This document shows positions 9,701-18,469 of a stretch of DNA of 32,767 bases, one piece after another. The translations under genes and the position numbers were made by a program. Each line of letters begins with the position of its first letter. The stretch's first letter is position 1. The DNA is from a virus (Duplodnaviria > Caudoviricetes). Under the pieces are notes generated by a model, which did not search any database, was not told the DNA's origin, and worked only from the letters and a program-made list of their open reading frames with translations. The stretch covers positions 1-32,767 of the IMG/VR virus record IMGVR_UViG_3300020408_000021; one strand, 5' to 3'.

Positions 9701-11598
9701 AGGAAATGGTGGATGCCTATGAAAGTCGTGGCTTGGTTGCACCAGAGAAACTGCCGATGTACTTCCCACAGCGTTACAGCATTGACGGTAAAATACACGG
9801 TGTAGAGGGACGTGACGCTCTCGTTGCTTTCTTCACGAAAGTGTTTGAAGACCGCCCTAACCCCCGTGGCAAAGCTGAGATGTTGGTGCAGAAGATTGAA
9901 GATGAAGGTTATCAGCCAACATGGGGATTTGACCTAGCGGCTACACTCAATCAAAAGGCTTATAACATTACGCCACAAGAACTGCGCCGCATTATCCGCA
10001 TACCTTCTTATGCAAAATACCGTGTGAATATTGGGGGCCAGACAGTAGATATGACACTGGCTGACTTCTTGGATAATGACACCGTTTCTGTGACACAGAA
10101 TTACATTGCAAGCACTGTAAGACGCACAACCTTTATCCGTAGGTTTGGGGCCAAAGGCGAAGATATCCAAGCTATTGCCGGTGCTAATGGTGAGATAGAC
10201 CAAGAGCTAATCAATCGTGGTGAACGCCCACTAACTTCTAGTGAAAGAGAAAGTATCTTCTACGCTATCCGTGCCAACATGGGCATCTTGCCACGCAAGA
10301 GTTTCTTTGGTGCCACCAGCGGCACAGGCGCATATTCGTTCCAGAACGGTATGAAGTTGTTCGGTAACATGGCGTTCTTGTCTCTGTCTGCAATTCAGTC
10401 GATTGCAGAACCAGCTTTGATATTCAGCCGCACAGGCATGATGGGCGGTCTAGCTGGTGTACAGCAATTGGCTAAGTCTACTTTCCTTACACCTGTTGCG
10501 ATGACCCGTGGACTTGGAGCCGCCGCTACCTCTAAAGGTCGGAGATATGCGGCATTTAAAGAAGCCTACAGTATGTCAGACACAGACATGAAGGTATTTG
10601 CCCGTGACCTCGGCATTATCTTTGAAAGCTTCCAGTATGCGTTACAGAATTCTGCCGAAGAAGGCGCACACTTTAAATATGAAAAGTGGAACAACATCTT
10701 CTTCCGGGCCAACTTGCTACAGCCTTTGACAGAGGCACAACAAGCCGCCGCTCTTGCCGCCGCAGTTCGGGTGCTTCCAACTTGGCGAAAGAAAGCCTTG
10801 CAGGGTAGCAATATGCACAAGCGTTGGTTGACAGAGGTTGGTCTGACAGAACAAGACTTGGATATGTTTAACCCCAAGCACGCTATGGCTTCGGCTAATC
10901 CAAAGGTACGTGCCGCACTGCGCCAGATTGTGAACGAAACAATCATGAACCCAGACCCCGGTAGAAAGCCAGCGTGGATGTCTGACCCACGTTTTGCTTT
11001 GGTTGCACATATCAAGTCATGGATATTCACATTCAACAATACAGTCCTTCAGCGTACTGCCCGTGAAGTAACAAAAGGGAACGTAATGCCTTTGATTTAC
11101 TTAGCTGGCTTTGGCGCACTTAACGCTGTGATGTACGAGATGAAAGAATGGCTACGTTATGGTGAAGAGGGTAACCCGTATCTGAACCGTATTGGTCTTG
11201 AGAAGGACAATCCATACCGGTTCTTGTTCTTGGCTCTGGAACGCGGTGGTTTGTTTGGCCCAGCACAGTTTGCTGTTGACACCATTTTGGGGACCCGTGT
11301 TGGAACAGGCGGTAGTGATATAGCTGGTGCTTTGGTTCCATCATATAATCTAGCCAACAGAGCTTTAAATGGTGTTGCCTACATTATTGACGCTCCTTTC
11401 AGCGAGAACCCAGACAAGAAGTTTCGCCGGGGTGTAGATGAACTGTCAAGACTAGTACCCGGACTTAACGCGGCTGGTCAGTTCCGCTCGGACTTCGTTA
11501 CACAAATTACTGGAGTAGAACCCGGAAGAAGAAAGAGGGGTTCAGGCATCAGCAGAAGTGGAAGCGGTGGTTCTGTGTCAAGGGGTGTCTCACGCTAG
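3784..11598 (+). CDS. Giant internal virion / large polyvalent protein (2604 aa) with HExxH metallopeptidase and HhH-glycosylase-like regions
   Basis: Largest ORF, last of the ejection cluster; N-terminal Gly/Ala hydrophobic helices; AHELTHF...EEVLAE zincin motif (6688-6855); WY...GPKTRSF...TNDR...Y...QIQALGW region (7420-7930); helical C-terminal region resembling T7 gp16-like internal proteins. Confidence 0.8.
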   Translation: MAPKVPGLFANPTTGFGGIGADKLQQARQDLANYQAPQIDRERLSGLIEGIGGFQQKQQQRARGFDLSELSQEFGLDTDIPVTDMSGPDTQSAFSEFLSDTMAAADQGYGDMGFGASLILNDNETNMMALEQNFQRTITAPPEELGFDQNSLSRFVDADWYANMIGGTLPSISTMIAGGAAGGAITAPTVVATPLGILGGATVGSGGGVALQTLGSTTKDAYIAYRQQGKSVEEAYDLAYADAKVDSAKSGALASVATLIAPLRFARGVGVTAAPAVGAKAIAGQFAQQSLIVQPTLEVADTISSNAIAQNSYDPNRVLSQGALDAFIGSVFFDVPTTAGGILISQMNGKNVPAFEPGTQLVPAPRLLTGPNAVDGEVMPPLTGPEPVAALPAPQFVIEQNEDGSWSVIDNINTDFRQNFANEEDAQFEATTRNDQILNNQIPAGFNPDSVSSRDAFLKSQIDRMEQYDANKRQANEKYTGDVRIRNTVAFFEWLRKADTMKAKWDQTYNTAAKRNTPSAIRQLADIQERIELTKIIMNPVRTTKLPNMIYQSKGGKPFRVVMDKNNRPLRPKDRQGNPKMNHVLIFDTSSKTGFRSVAISSGTLMDVSSPNPSNLLMTAPVYKRLMEARNAMLAEMRGQMQGQIEGQPAAQITDETQTPAALPYSPRFGEDQPGVTERGNERAEQPGTSRPDPNAPPDVIPLPDETQPEAETGRDPVETDTNELMRQRLGLSPAVIKDDEVTAASPDSVIDEAEAEAEIEYTIKTRRMRTPEGMVDEVQPPITSVADGGNIMYTMRLQMVGSSNYAWFLVDENGGEVARSGSAKTPGIPELPIGYTKDEAIAYMKNMLRERNEDPKFTRSRDAGQRGGATAFGEGVEAMLEAVPEQDRSNVRKVLMMFQQALGKSLDTVDVVDMATWLQNQDVVADDGNFVAAYLNNWVKQQSGGIQKGAIAISQGLSSPDAVRALAHELTHFTVKVKNISKDMMVEFYNSVPENDSIRQVIDSDPYYSQQSVEVRAEEVLAETLAQMLTNRYRGRLHQESTFKYMLRQIVRVVREAFEGITGRDTVDTFFANLAKQYGADTQATNPFMDRRDPVFDEASFARKTGDDGSTLPPEASKSMEDIQKNIPEHKRVARATQMGTQQTAVDGKRFIDKDLSVKGRGWIGKRSIMEIWEQAIANTPGGKEKLEMMKRSGIDMMPKAEEFWNRSFNREDRARYWYEISSEMFRATFPDATDAQLEQFIDLVGATSVQANPTDNILRAIAVFSEYLQGMPIETDLTDVEGVRKALSPEMLGGPKTRSFSGTMLYLLGKRAEVPLSTNDRQVATVFGVDGDVIANDYLLYELISNFYIGMRDEMNANLPPNAEPYETWQIQALGWVEERAEKNAAKNKFEEYDDYAMVIQNKVMPRLQDAGISVPNGQLTQNILKDTRIPFALRDTMAMFTGSSIATVETVSKLNPVGDRFATLVRRGRGLKGTVGMMKEADKLVKQSMASVALRVKGKPNAIDNLATAIMGKKTDLRRIDTSSYGTFEGEGNPNIRIPLKGMDASQRQVFLGILGRGLRQAAMAASVFKPADINQPPRPNHSRTFSVFIQTTEKSVVNEMDAESFDRAIGRPINVKRVANGYVFDINVGGYDPVTDASIVSAAVRKAGLDKKGTIRLLPRDYLNEYGFDFIEMDSVVDDDMQIGYNQIVENFIEELTNGAVQEAQGIDSRISEGGVRAYLRGDDKAEISDGRLPSTVTKRVERIRTRLRERVGNLRQAEVAIMDMSSTLEDSQAQWLAKHGDKLETLIANADPDDAPKFARSSLIPEADQTSDTDSITEEEFALFSRYLNMPESDAKTRMLEWMSRNWFTGVFTSSAQRIIGMGRGTKAAYKLANMFDRDKYGRTGRNETGIIGQDVHDEISERIAKFSTQFTEQVLKGLSPKQALAMAEIMRGKNRNAKTGAIQIPSGLGIPVSKARAMRKLMNDLYQEMVDAYESRGLVAPEKLPMYFPQRYSIDGKIHGVEGRDALVAFFTKVFEDRPNPRGKAEMLVQKIEDEGYQPTWGFDLAATLNQKAYNITPQELRRIIRIPSYAKYRVNIGGQTVDMTLADFLDNDTVSVTQNYIASTVRRTTFIRRFGAKGEDIQAIAGANGEIDQELINRGERPLTSSERESIFYAIRANMGILPRKSFFGATSGTGAYSFQNGMKLFGNMAFLSLSAIQSIAEPALIFSRTGMMGGLAGVQQLAKSTFLTPVAMTRGLGAAATSKGRRYAAFKEAYSMSDTDMKVFARDLGIIFESFQYALQNSAEEGAHFKYEKWNNIFFRANLLQPLTEAQQAAALAAAVRVLPTWRKKALQGSNMHKRWLTEVGLTEQDLDMFNPKHAMASANPKVRAALRQIVNETIMNPDPGRKPAWMSDPRFALVAHIKSWIFTFNNTVLQRTAREVTKGNVMPLIYLAGFGALNAVMYEMKEWLRYGEEGNPYLNRIGLEKDNPYRFLFLALERGGLFGPAQFAVDTILGTRVGTGGSDIAGALVPSYNLANRALNGVAYIIDAPFSENPDKKFRRGVDELSRLVPGLNAAGQFRSDFVTQITGVEPGRRKRGSGISRSGSGGSVSRGVSR

Positions 11599-11601
11599 AC
11601 A

Positions 11602-11630
11602 TAGACACAGACACAAATGAGTAGTATATT
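11602..11630 (+). promoter_or_regulatory. Sigma70-like promoter / TAGACACAGACA motif upstream of tail-fibre operon
   Basis: TAGACA (11602-11607), 17-nt spacer, TATATT (11625-11630); in the 41-bp gap before ATG 11640. Confidence 0.5.
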
Positions 11631-11639
11631 GAGGTTGTT

Positions 11640-13994
11640 ATGTCACAAATTCTAGTATCAAAATACAAGACAGGCGTTGACTTCCCGCCGCTACGTACAG
11701 GTCTTACCCACGTAGCCGGAGAGAATACTCTGACTTTCCCCTATAAAGCTGGGGATACTCAACAGTCGTTTAGTAATACGGCTGGTACACACCTGTGTCT
11801 TGTTAACGGCGGCAGTCTGATACTGACAGACGATACCGATACTTTTGAAGTAGCTTTCAACGCCTCTGATATCACAGTCACTTGGCTAGACCAGCGCAAC
11901 AGTCTGCAAGATATCGATGACGTTGTATGGGTATTCAACGCATTCTCTAAGCCAACGTCCGGTCTGACGAAGTTTCTCTATACTAAGTCTGGCTCTATAC
12001 CAATGGTTATCACCGGTAATGATGACAACGGAGCCGCCCTCGCCTTTCAAGATGAGGCTGTCCTTGTATTTGTGAACGACCAGTTCTTGGACGCTTCTGA
12101 CTACGCATTGGCAAACCAGAACCAAATCACAATTAATAATGTGGGTGGATCAACATCCGCATTATCCAGTGCTAAGATAAGCATCATCGGTTTCAACAGT
12201 GTCATTAACCAAAGCACACTGTCTGTCATTCAAACAAATGCCGCCGCGTCAGCTACTGATGCCAGCCAACACGCAGTTACAGCTTCGCGTTTTGCAAACG
12301 AAGCAGACACAACAACTGTTGTAGACGCAGACACAGGCGTAGACAGCAACGAGTATTCTGCAAAAGCATACGCACAAGGCACAGGCACACCCGGAGGCTC
12401 TGCCAAGGAGTGGGCTTCAAAGACAGGTTCGCCTGTATCAGGCTCTGAGTATTCAGCTAAATACTGGGCAACAGACACCAATGTCACGACTGTGTCTGGC
12501 AACATTAATCTTATCACAAACGTAAATAACAACCTGTCTAGTATTCAAACTATCAATAACAACATGACGGACGTTGTGTCATTAGCCGCATCTCTGGGTG
12601 GCGTGACTACATTTACAGTCACTGTAGCGCAAAGTGGTGGTATTAATGTTTTCTATATAGATGGTGTTGCCAACCCGACATTGACGATGGAGCGAGGTAA
12701 CAGCTACGTATTTGATTTAAGTTCGAGTACTGTAAGTGGCCACCCGCTGGCTTTCAAAGATGGCAGTAGCAGTTATACCACAGGAGTGACGGTAGCCTCT
12801 CCAAGCCCCGGTACAGCGGGAGCGCAAGTTAGAATTGATGTAGACGCTAATGCGCCATCTACACTGAGATATTATTGTACTGTCCACGGCAATGCTATGG
12901 GCAACACCATAGCTGTTATCAACAGTAACTTCTCTATTGTCGCGGCAAACATTGGCAACGTAAACACCACTGCTACCAATATTGCCAGTATCAATACAGT
13001 TGCGGGTAGCACAAACATAGCAAACATTGGAACCGTTGCTGGCGCAACGACAGACATAGGAACTGTAGCTGGCGTAGCAACAAACATACCGACTGTGGCT
13101 GGCGTAGCCAGTGATATCACAACTGTAGCTGGCCAGATAACAAATAATAATTTACAGACTGTGGCCGCAGACATTGCCAAAGTACAATCTGTGGCAGATG
13201 ACCTGAATGAAACCACATCAGAAATAGACACAGTAGCGAACGCAATTACTAACGTGGATAATGTTGGCAACAACATTAGCGATGTGACAACCGTAGCCGG
13301 ACAGATTGCACCAACAAACAACATATCCACACTAGCCGGTCAGGCAACTAATATAGGTCTTGTGGGTGGAAACATGAATCATGTCACCACCGTAGCCGGT
13401 ATTAATAGTGAGATAACTACAGTAGCTGGTATTGCAAGTGATGTGACCGCCGCCGCTACGAACGTAGCGCAGTTTAATGACACTTACTTTGGTGCTTTGT
13501 CTTCGCCGCCCAGCGGCTCGAATGTTACAACTGGTGATTTGTATTTTGACAACGTTGCCGGACAGCTAAAAGTTTTTAATGGTTCTAATTTTATTAATGC
13601 TGGCTCTGCTATCAACGGCACAGCACAGCGTGTACAGTTCACAGCGACAGCCGGACAGACTACGTTTTCTGTTGCCTATGATGCCGGTTTTGTAGATGTG
13701 TACCTCAATGGTATCAAACTTATTGTAGGCACGGACTTCACAGCAACAAACGGCACTACCATTGTACTGGCATCCGGTGCCGCCGTGAATGATACCGTAG
13801 ACATCGTTGCCTACGGAACTTTTACTTTAGCAAACATTGCACTTAACGATTTGACTGATGTCAGCACAGGCACACCGGTCAATGGTCAGGTACTCACATT
13901 CAATTCAACTAGCGGTGACTTTGAACCACAAACACCCGCCGCATCCGGGGCAACCACAGGTTTTGCCTTGGCGATGTCAATAGCCCTCGGATAG
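11640..13994 (+). CDS. Tail fibre protein (784 aa) with cupredoxin-like insert and coiled repeats
   Basis: YSAKxWA repeats, NIxTVAG repeats, GDLYFD...LKVFNG, TATAGQTTF...VDVYLNGIKL domain, LNDLTDV...GQVLTFN, C-terminal AMSIALG. Confidence 0.8.
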   Translation: MSQILVSKYKTGVDFPPLRTGLTHVAGENTLTFPYKAGDTQQSFSNTAGTHLCLVNGGSLILTDDTDTFEVAFNASDITVTWLDQRNSLQDIDDVVWVFNAFSKPTSGLTKFLYTKSGSIPMVITGNDDNGAALAFQDEAVLVFVNDQFLDASDYALANQNQITINNVGGSTSALSSAKISIIGFNSVINQSTLSVIQTNAAASATDASQHAVTASRFANEADTTTVVDADTGVDSNEYSAKAYAQGTGTPGGSAKEWASKTGSPVSGSEYSAKYWATDTNVTTVSGNINLITNVNNNLSSIQTINNNMTDVVSLAASLGGVTTFTVTVAQSGGINVFYIDGVANPTLTMERGNSYVFDLSSSTVSGHPLAFKDGSSSYTTGVTVASPSPGTAGAQVRIDVDANAPSTLRYYCTVHGNAMGNTIAVINSNFSIVAANIGNVNTTATNIASINTVAGSTNIANIGTVAGATTDIGTVAGVATNIPTVAGVASDITTVAGQITNNNLQTVAADIAKVQSVADDLNETTSEIDTVANAITNVDNVGNNISDVTTVAGQIAPTNNISTLAGQATNIGLVGGNMNHVTTVAGINSEITTVAGIASDVTAAATNVAQFNDTYFGALSSPPSGSNVTTGDLYFDNVAGQLKVFNGSNFINAGSAINGTAQRVQFTATAGQTTFSVAYDAGFVDVYLNGIKLIVGTDFTATNGTTIVLASGAAVNDTVDIVAYGTFTLANIALNDLTDVSTGTPVNGQVLTFNSTSGDFEPQTPAASGATTGFALAMSIALG
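12920..13470 (+). repeat. Degenerate 7/14-aa protein repeats (NIxTVAG) in the fibre shaft
   Basis: NIGTVAG, DIGTVAG, NIPTVAG, DITTVAG, DVTTVAG, HVTTVAG, EITTVAG seen in the translation. Confidence 0.8.
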
Positions 13995-14004
13995 GAGCAA
14001 ATAG

Positions 14005-14331
14005 ATGGCACAAGATTTTAGAAGACATACAGCGGCCCCCAGCTCGGCAAATTCAACAACTTCAGTTTACACCGCTGACAGTAACGACTGCATTGTAGGA
14101 TTACACTGTGCAAACGTAGCAACCACTCAGATTACAGTTGGTGTTTGGGTACGTCTGACTGGCACCACCAATGATATCTACTTAATTAAAGATGCTCCAA
14201 TACCAGTGGGGTCAAGTCTTTCTATTGACGGTAAATTTAATCTGGCCAGCGGCGATATTCTGCGTGTTACGACAGACACAGCCAACGGTCTAAATCTTTT
14301 TGTCTCATTGGTAGACGAGATTAGTGCATAG
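14005..14331 (+). CDS. Small all-beta tail-associated protein (108 aa)
   Basis: GGAG RBS; IVGLHCAN...LIKDAPIPVGSSL...L..GDIL motif typical of the gene following AMxIALG-ending fibres in marine phages. Confidence 0.65.
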   Translation: MAQDFRRHTAAPSSANSTTSVYTADSNDCIVGLHCANVATTQITVGVWVRLTGTTNDIYLIKDAPIPVGSSLSIDGKFNLASGDILRVTTDTANGLNLFVSLVDEISA

Positions 14332-14340
14332 GTTCTTGTT

Positions 14341-15189
14341 ATGACATACATCGGAAACCAACCAGCCAATAGTTTTACTTCGTTTGATAGCCAGTCTCTT
14401 ACAGGCAACGGCACGGCTGGTCCGTACACATTGAGTGCATCAGTGTCTAGTGCAAATGAAATTGAGGTCTTTGTCAATTTTGTAAGACAGCGTCCCGGTG
14501 TAGCATACACTGTTGCTGGTAACCAGTTGACTATGACTGGCAATGTAGCAAGCACAGATGACTTCTATGTAGTCTATCAGGGCAAGGCTGTGCAAACTGT
14601 AGTGCCGCCTGATGGGTCTGTTTCTGGGGCAAAGTTAGCTACTGGTGCGGCGGCAACTAATCTTGGTTCATCAGTAAATTTATCAACAATTAAAGATAGC
14701 ACTGGCAATACTACAGCCATGACCATTGATAGTAGTGGTCGCATACTCACGCCAGCAAGACCAGCGTTTTCATGTAGGCCAAACGGAGCCATGAATTTTA
14801 TTAATCAACCTTATTGGAAAACAACAGTTTTTCAAACCGTTGATTTTGACATAGGAAGCAATCTAAATGCTGGTGGATATTTTGTTTGTCCCGTTACAGG
14901 CATTTACCAGTTTAATCTTCATATGCGTTTTGATAGTGTTGGTACAGGTTACATAATTATTTGTTTAGCGTCAGAACTTAGCGGCACTGCTACACCCACA
15001 ACAAACGCTAATTTGTATTTTAATAGCTATGTTATAAACGGCTCACCAAACAGCACTTACGATAGTTTATCTACTTCCTTAACAATTTCAATGACGGCGG
15101 GAGATAATGTCATGCCTTGGCATTATAGTGCAGACACTTTTTATACAGTATCAACCGCATCAAGTTTTAGCGGCTTTTTGGTAGGATAG
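14341..15189 (+). CDS. Tail fibre/adhesin with C-terminal C1q-like head (282 aa)
   Basis: MTYIGNQP N-terminus; RPAFS...F.TVDFDIG...FVCPVTGIYQFN...FSGFLVG is a C1q/TNF-like pattern. Confidence 0.75.
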   Translation: MTYIGNQPANSFTSFDSQSLTGNGTAGPYTLSASVSSANEIEVFVNFVRQRPGVAYTVAGNQLTMTGNVASTDDFYVVYQGKAVQTVVPPDGSVSGAKLATGAAATNLGSSVNLSTIKDSTGNTTAMTIDSSGRILTPARPAFSCRPNGAMNFINQPYWKTTVFQTVDFDIGSNLNAGGYFVCPVTGIYQFNLHMRFDSVGTGYIIICLASELSGTATPTTNANLYFNSYVINGSPNSTYDSLSTSLTISMTAGDNVMPWHYSADTFYTVSTASSFSGFLVG

Positions 15190-15198
15190 GAGCAAGCA

Positions 15199-16137
15199 AT
15201 GGCATTATCAAAAATAAATTCTGCTTCTCTTGCTCAAGGGGCCGTAACTAATACAGGCATCCGCAATGTTATAACTAACGGTGGGATGCAAATTTGGCAA
15301 CGCGGAACCTCGATGGCCTCAACCGCAAATGGCTCTAACAATTACACCGCTGACAGATTTTGGGTTAGTCATAACAACGCAAGCAATGTGACTGTTTCCC
15401 AACAGGATGGAACTGGTGCTGGGATTGGTGTTCCGTATTGTGCAAGAGTGCAAAGAAATAGCGGAAGTTCAGCCGCAAACGGTATAAGATTTGGAACTAG
15501 CTTAGAAGCAACTGATGTTATTAGACTACGCGGTAAAACCCTAACAATTTCATTCTATGCAAGAGCGGGGGCAAACTTCAGTGCCGCTTCAAATACACTA
15601 GGTTTATGGGTGTATACGGGGACAGACGTTGACCCTAATCCAAATACATTTGCGTCTGGCTTATGGAATAATATTGTAGCGTTAGTCACGCCCAATTCAA
15701 CATTAACTACTTCATGGCAGAGGTTTACATACACAACTAACGCAGTTTCCTCGACTGCAAACGCATTAATATTGCAGTTTAACTTCAACGAAACAGGCAC
15801 AGCGGGAGCGAATGATTACTTTGAAATCACTGGCGTTCAGCTTGAGGAAGGCTCAGTAACAGACTTTGAGAATCGGTCTTATGCAGACGAGCTACAAAGA
15901 TGTAGACGCTATTATCAACAATCTCATTATGACATCTATAGTTCTTACGGGGCTACCTACAACTATGTTCAATGGTTTTTTGTTCCAGAAATGAGGACAA
16001 CACCAGCCCTTAGTGGAAACCTTACAGGAACATCAGATGGCGTTAATAAGCAATTTGCTCAAAGATATAACGCTGGTTCAAACTATGCTTATTTTTATGG
16101 CGGTTCTAATCCATCAAAAGCAGATGCGGAGTTGTAA
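15199..16137 (+). CDS. Tail fibre/adhesin with carbohydrate-binding-like jelly-roll domain (312 aa)
   Basis: RNVITNGGMQIWQRG...DRF...TISFYAR...WQRFT...ITGVQLEEG...ELQRCRRYY pattern. Confidence 0.75.
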   Translation: MALSKINSASLAQGAVTNTGIRNVITNGGMQIWQRGTSMASTANGSNNYTADRFWVSHNNASNVTVSQQDGTGAGIGVPYCARVQRNSGSSAANGIRFGTSLEATDVIRLRGKTLTISFYARAGANFSAASNTLGLWVYTGTDVDPNPNTFASGLWNNIVALVTPNSTLTTSWQRFTYTTNAVSSTANALILQFNFNETGTAGANDYFEITGVQLEEGSVTDFENRSYADELQRCRRYYQQSHYDIYSSYGATYNYVQWFFVPEMRTTPALSGNLTGTSDGVNKQFAQRYNAGSNYAYFYGGSNPSKADAEL

Positions 16138-16314
16138 ATGGATATTACATCAGCACAATACATTAGAAACAGAGATGACACTGATAATATAGCCATTGCC
16201 GCAACTATTGACGGTGAAAATATGGAAGTTCCTATAAATCTATCCAATCGTCACTATGCAGAAATAAAGCGTCAGGTAGACGCTGGCGAATTAACCATTG
16301 AGGATGCAGAGTAA
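16138..16314 (+). CDS. 58-aa putative tail fibre assembly chaperone (not in ORF track)
   Basis: MDITSAQYIRNRDDTDNIAIAATIDGENMEVPINLSNRHYAEIKRQVDAGELTIEDAE; exactly fills the gap, ATG directly after the previous TAA, TAATG overlap with the next gene; VP...NRHY motif. Confidence 0.8.
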   Translation: MDITSAQYIRNRDDTDNIAIAATIDGENMEVPINLSNRHYAEIKRQVDAGELTIEDAE

Positions 16315-16784
16315 TGCCTTACGTTGGAACCCAGCCCCTATCAGGCAACTTCATAAAGCTAGACAGTATTTCTGTGGTTAACAATCAGGCCGCATATACA
16401 CTACAATCTGGCGGCGCAGATTTTAAACCCGGTCAGGCAGAACGCCTACTCTGTTCAGTGAACGGTGTGGTGCAAAATCCAAATGACGCATTTACTGTAT
16501 CCGGTGCAACAATCACTTTCAGTGAGAACTTAGTAACAGGAGACGTGATTGATTTTATTATGGCTCTTGGCGAAGTAGGCACAGTAACTACACCGGCCAA
16601 CGGTACGGTAGACATAGACAAGATGTCTAGCAGTATCATGAAAAACAACGCCATCCGGGTAAACGATACAAGTCTAACCAGCAACGTAACCATAGCCGCA
16701 GATGAAAACGCTATGGTAGCTGGCCCATTTAGCATTGGCAGTAGTGTCACTCTAACTGTCAACGGCACATTCACGGTGGTTTGA
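16314..16784 (+). CDS. Tail fibre adaptor-like protein (156 aa)
   Basis: MPYVGTQP N-terminus, SVNGVVQNP...FTVSG.TITF beta domain, C-terminal NAMVAGP...VTLTVNGTFTVV. Confidence 0.7.
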   Translation: MPYVGTQPLSGNFIKLDSISVVNNQAAYTLQSGGADFKPGQAERLLCSVNGVVQNPNDAFTVSGATITFSENLVTGDVIDFIMALGEVGTVTTPANGTVDIDKMSSSIMKNNAIRVNDTSLTSNVTIAADENAMVAGPFSIGSSVTLTVNGTFTVV

Positions 16785-16785
16785 T

Positions 16786-17373
16786 ATGAGTAAATTATTT
16801 GTAGATGAGATAGCACCTAAAACTACAGGCACAAATATTATATCTCCATTTAGTACAAGCAACGTACTTGAGCAACTTGCTATGCTTTGTGATGGTGGCA
16901 CTTACACTGTACCTAGCGGCACCTATACTTCAACAAACGTAACCGGGTTACAACAATTATCAACCACTAACACGACTTTAACTGGTTCAGAAATTTCATA
17001 CACACCACCAGCCGGAACGGTTTGTGTGGTCTACGAATTTTGTTTTGCTATTTCTTTTGTAGATACCCACGCAATCGGACATTACAGATTTTTTATTGAC
17101 GGGGTTGAAGCCGTCTACCACAGGAAATCTTTAGGCGGATACCAAGCGCAACAATTTGTTACCGCCAAATCTATTATTCCCATTGGTGGAACAGCAAACG
17201 CCAATACAGGCAGACAGTCTTCATGGACATCAGCAAAAACACTAAAAATGCAAGCTAGAGAATATGGTTCAAATAATGAGCAAAAAGTTTTTGCGGCGAT
17301 TTACTGGGATGGCGCAGGCAGTAATATGTTTCAGCAACCTAGTTTAACTATTACTGCTCTAGGAGGCGCATAA
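16786..17373 (+). CDS. Tail adhesin-like protein (195 aa)
   Basis: MSKLFVDEI N-terminus; T/S/G-rich beta head; lies in the tail array. Confidence 0.65.
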   Translation: MSKLFVDEIAPKTTGTNIISPFSTSNVLEQLAMLCDGGTYTVPSGTYTSTNVTGLQQLSTTNTTLTGSEISYTPPAGTVCVVYEFCFAISFVDTHAIGHYRFFIDGVEAVYHRKSLGGYQAQQFVTAKSIIPIGGTANANTGRQSSWTSAKTLKMQAREYGSNNEQKVFAAIYWDGAGSNMFQQPSLTITALGGA

Positions 17374-17374
17374 A

Positions 17375-17899
17375 ATGGCTAGTGAACTAGGCGTACAGAC
17401 CATACAGCATACCAACGGCACAGATGCTATAACTATTGATAGCAGTGGGCATGTTCTTACACCAGTGAGGCCTGCCTTTCATGTTTATATGATAAAAGCT
17501 AGTGGTGCGCCCAATTCTCAAGTCAGTGGCGTCCTTGCTTGGAACGGTTCTCTTTTCAATGAGGGTACTCATTTTGAAATAAACAATAGTAGATTTAAAG
17601 CACCTGTTCATGGGTTATATCAATTTAACTTTGTTGGCTTTGAATCAGGGGCAAATGCAAATGTTCAAGCGGCTTCCGCTACCCAAGTAGCATTAGAAAC
17701 TAGCACTGACGGTACTAATTATACTGCTCAAGCACAAATGCACCACTATGCAGAAGGAAACTCTCACGGAAATTGTGCCTTTACACAAGCTCTAATGTTA
17801 AATGCAAATGATTATGCTCGAATAAATGTAGTTGGTGCTGGGATGTATCTTAGCGGTAGCAGGGAGTATTTAAACTTTAGCGGTTACTTAGTGGGGTAG
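17375..17899 (+). CDS. C1q-like tail adhesin (174 aa)
   Basis: TIDSSGHVLTPVRPAF...FKAPVHGLYQFNF...NFSGYLVG, paralogous to the C-terminal part of 14341..15189. Confidence 0.75.
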   Translation: MASELGVQTIQHTNGTDAITIDSSGHVLTPVRPAFHVYMIKASGAPNSQVSGVLAWNGSLFNEGTHFEINNSRFKAPVHGLYQFNFVGFESGANANVQAASATQVALETSTDGTNYTAQAQMHHYAEGNSHGNCAFTQALMLNANDYARINVVGAGMYLSGSREYLNFSGYLVG

Positions 17900-17908
17900 G
17901 AGAACAGG

Positions 17909-18460
17909 ATGACTAGCATAATAAAAGCTGACCGCGTTCAAAGCACATCCAATGGGTTTGTTCTTCCTCCCGCTGGCGGTGTTATTCAAACGCAGTACAC
18001 CCAATTTACTGGGACCAATTTTTATTCTATATCGGCGGCCACTAATACCGTGATAACAGATTTAACTGTTAACATTACGCCCGTTTCTTCATCTAGCATT
18101 ATTAAAATTGATGCAATGGTGAATGGCGAATGGAGCCATCAAAACGGAGCGACAGATAGCGTTTGGTTCTTTTATAGAGACAGCACAAAGTTATCACACC
18201 CTGCGGCTGGAAACAGAACAGTAGGTGTTACACAGGGAACTTCGATTACTTATGACCAAAGTGATGGATCATCAACAGGTGAACACGTTTATTACTCTTA
18301 TTTTGATACGCCAAGTAGCACATCACAAATAACATATAAAGTAGGTGTGTTTCAAAATGATGGATATGACTGGTCTTTAAATAGAACGCAAGCTGACACA
18401 GATAACCCACAGTATGAGCGAGGCATATCGTTCATTTGCGTTACAGAGATAGCTGGATAG
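17909..18460 (+). CDS. Tail adhesin-like protein (183 aa)
   Basis: GGVIQ...VNITPVSSSSII...DTPSSTSQITYK...EIAG head. Confidence 0.7.
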   Translation: MTSIIKADRVQSTSNGFVLPPAGGVIQTQYTQFTGTNFYSISAATNTVITDLTVNITPVSSSSIIKIDAMVNGEWSHQNGATDSVWFFYRDSTKLSHPAAGNRTVGVTQGTSITYDQSDGSSTGEHVYYSYFDTPSSTSQITYKVGVFQNDGYDWSLNRTQADTDNPQYERGISFICVTEIAG

Positions 18461-18469
18461 GAGACTGAC

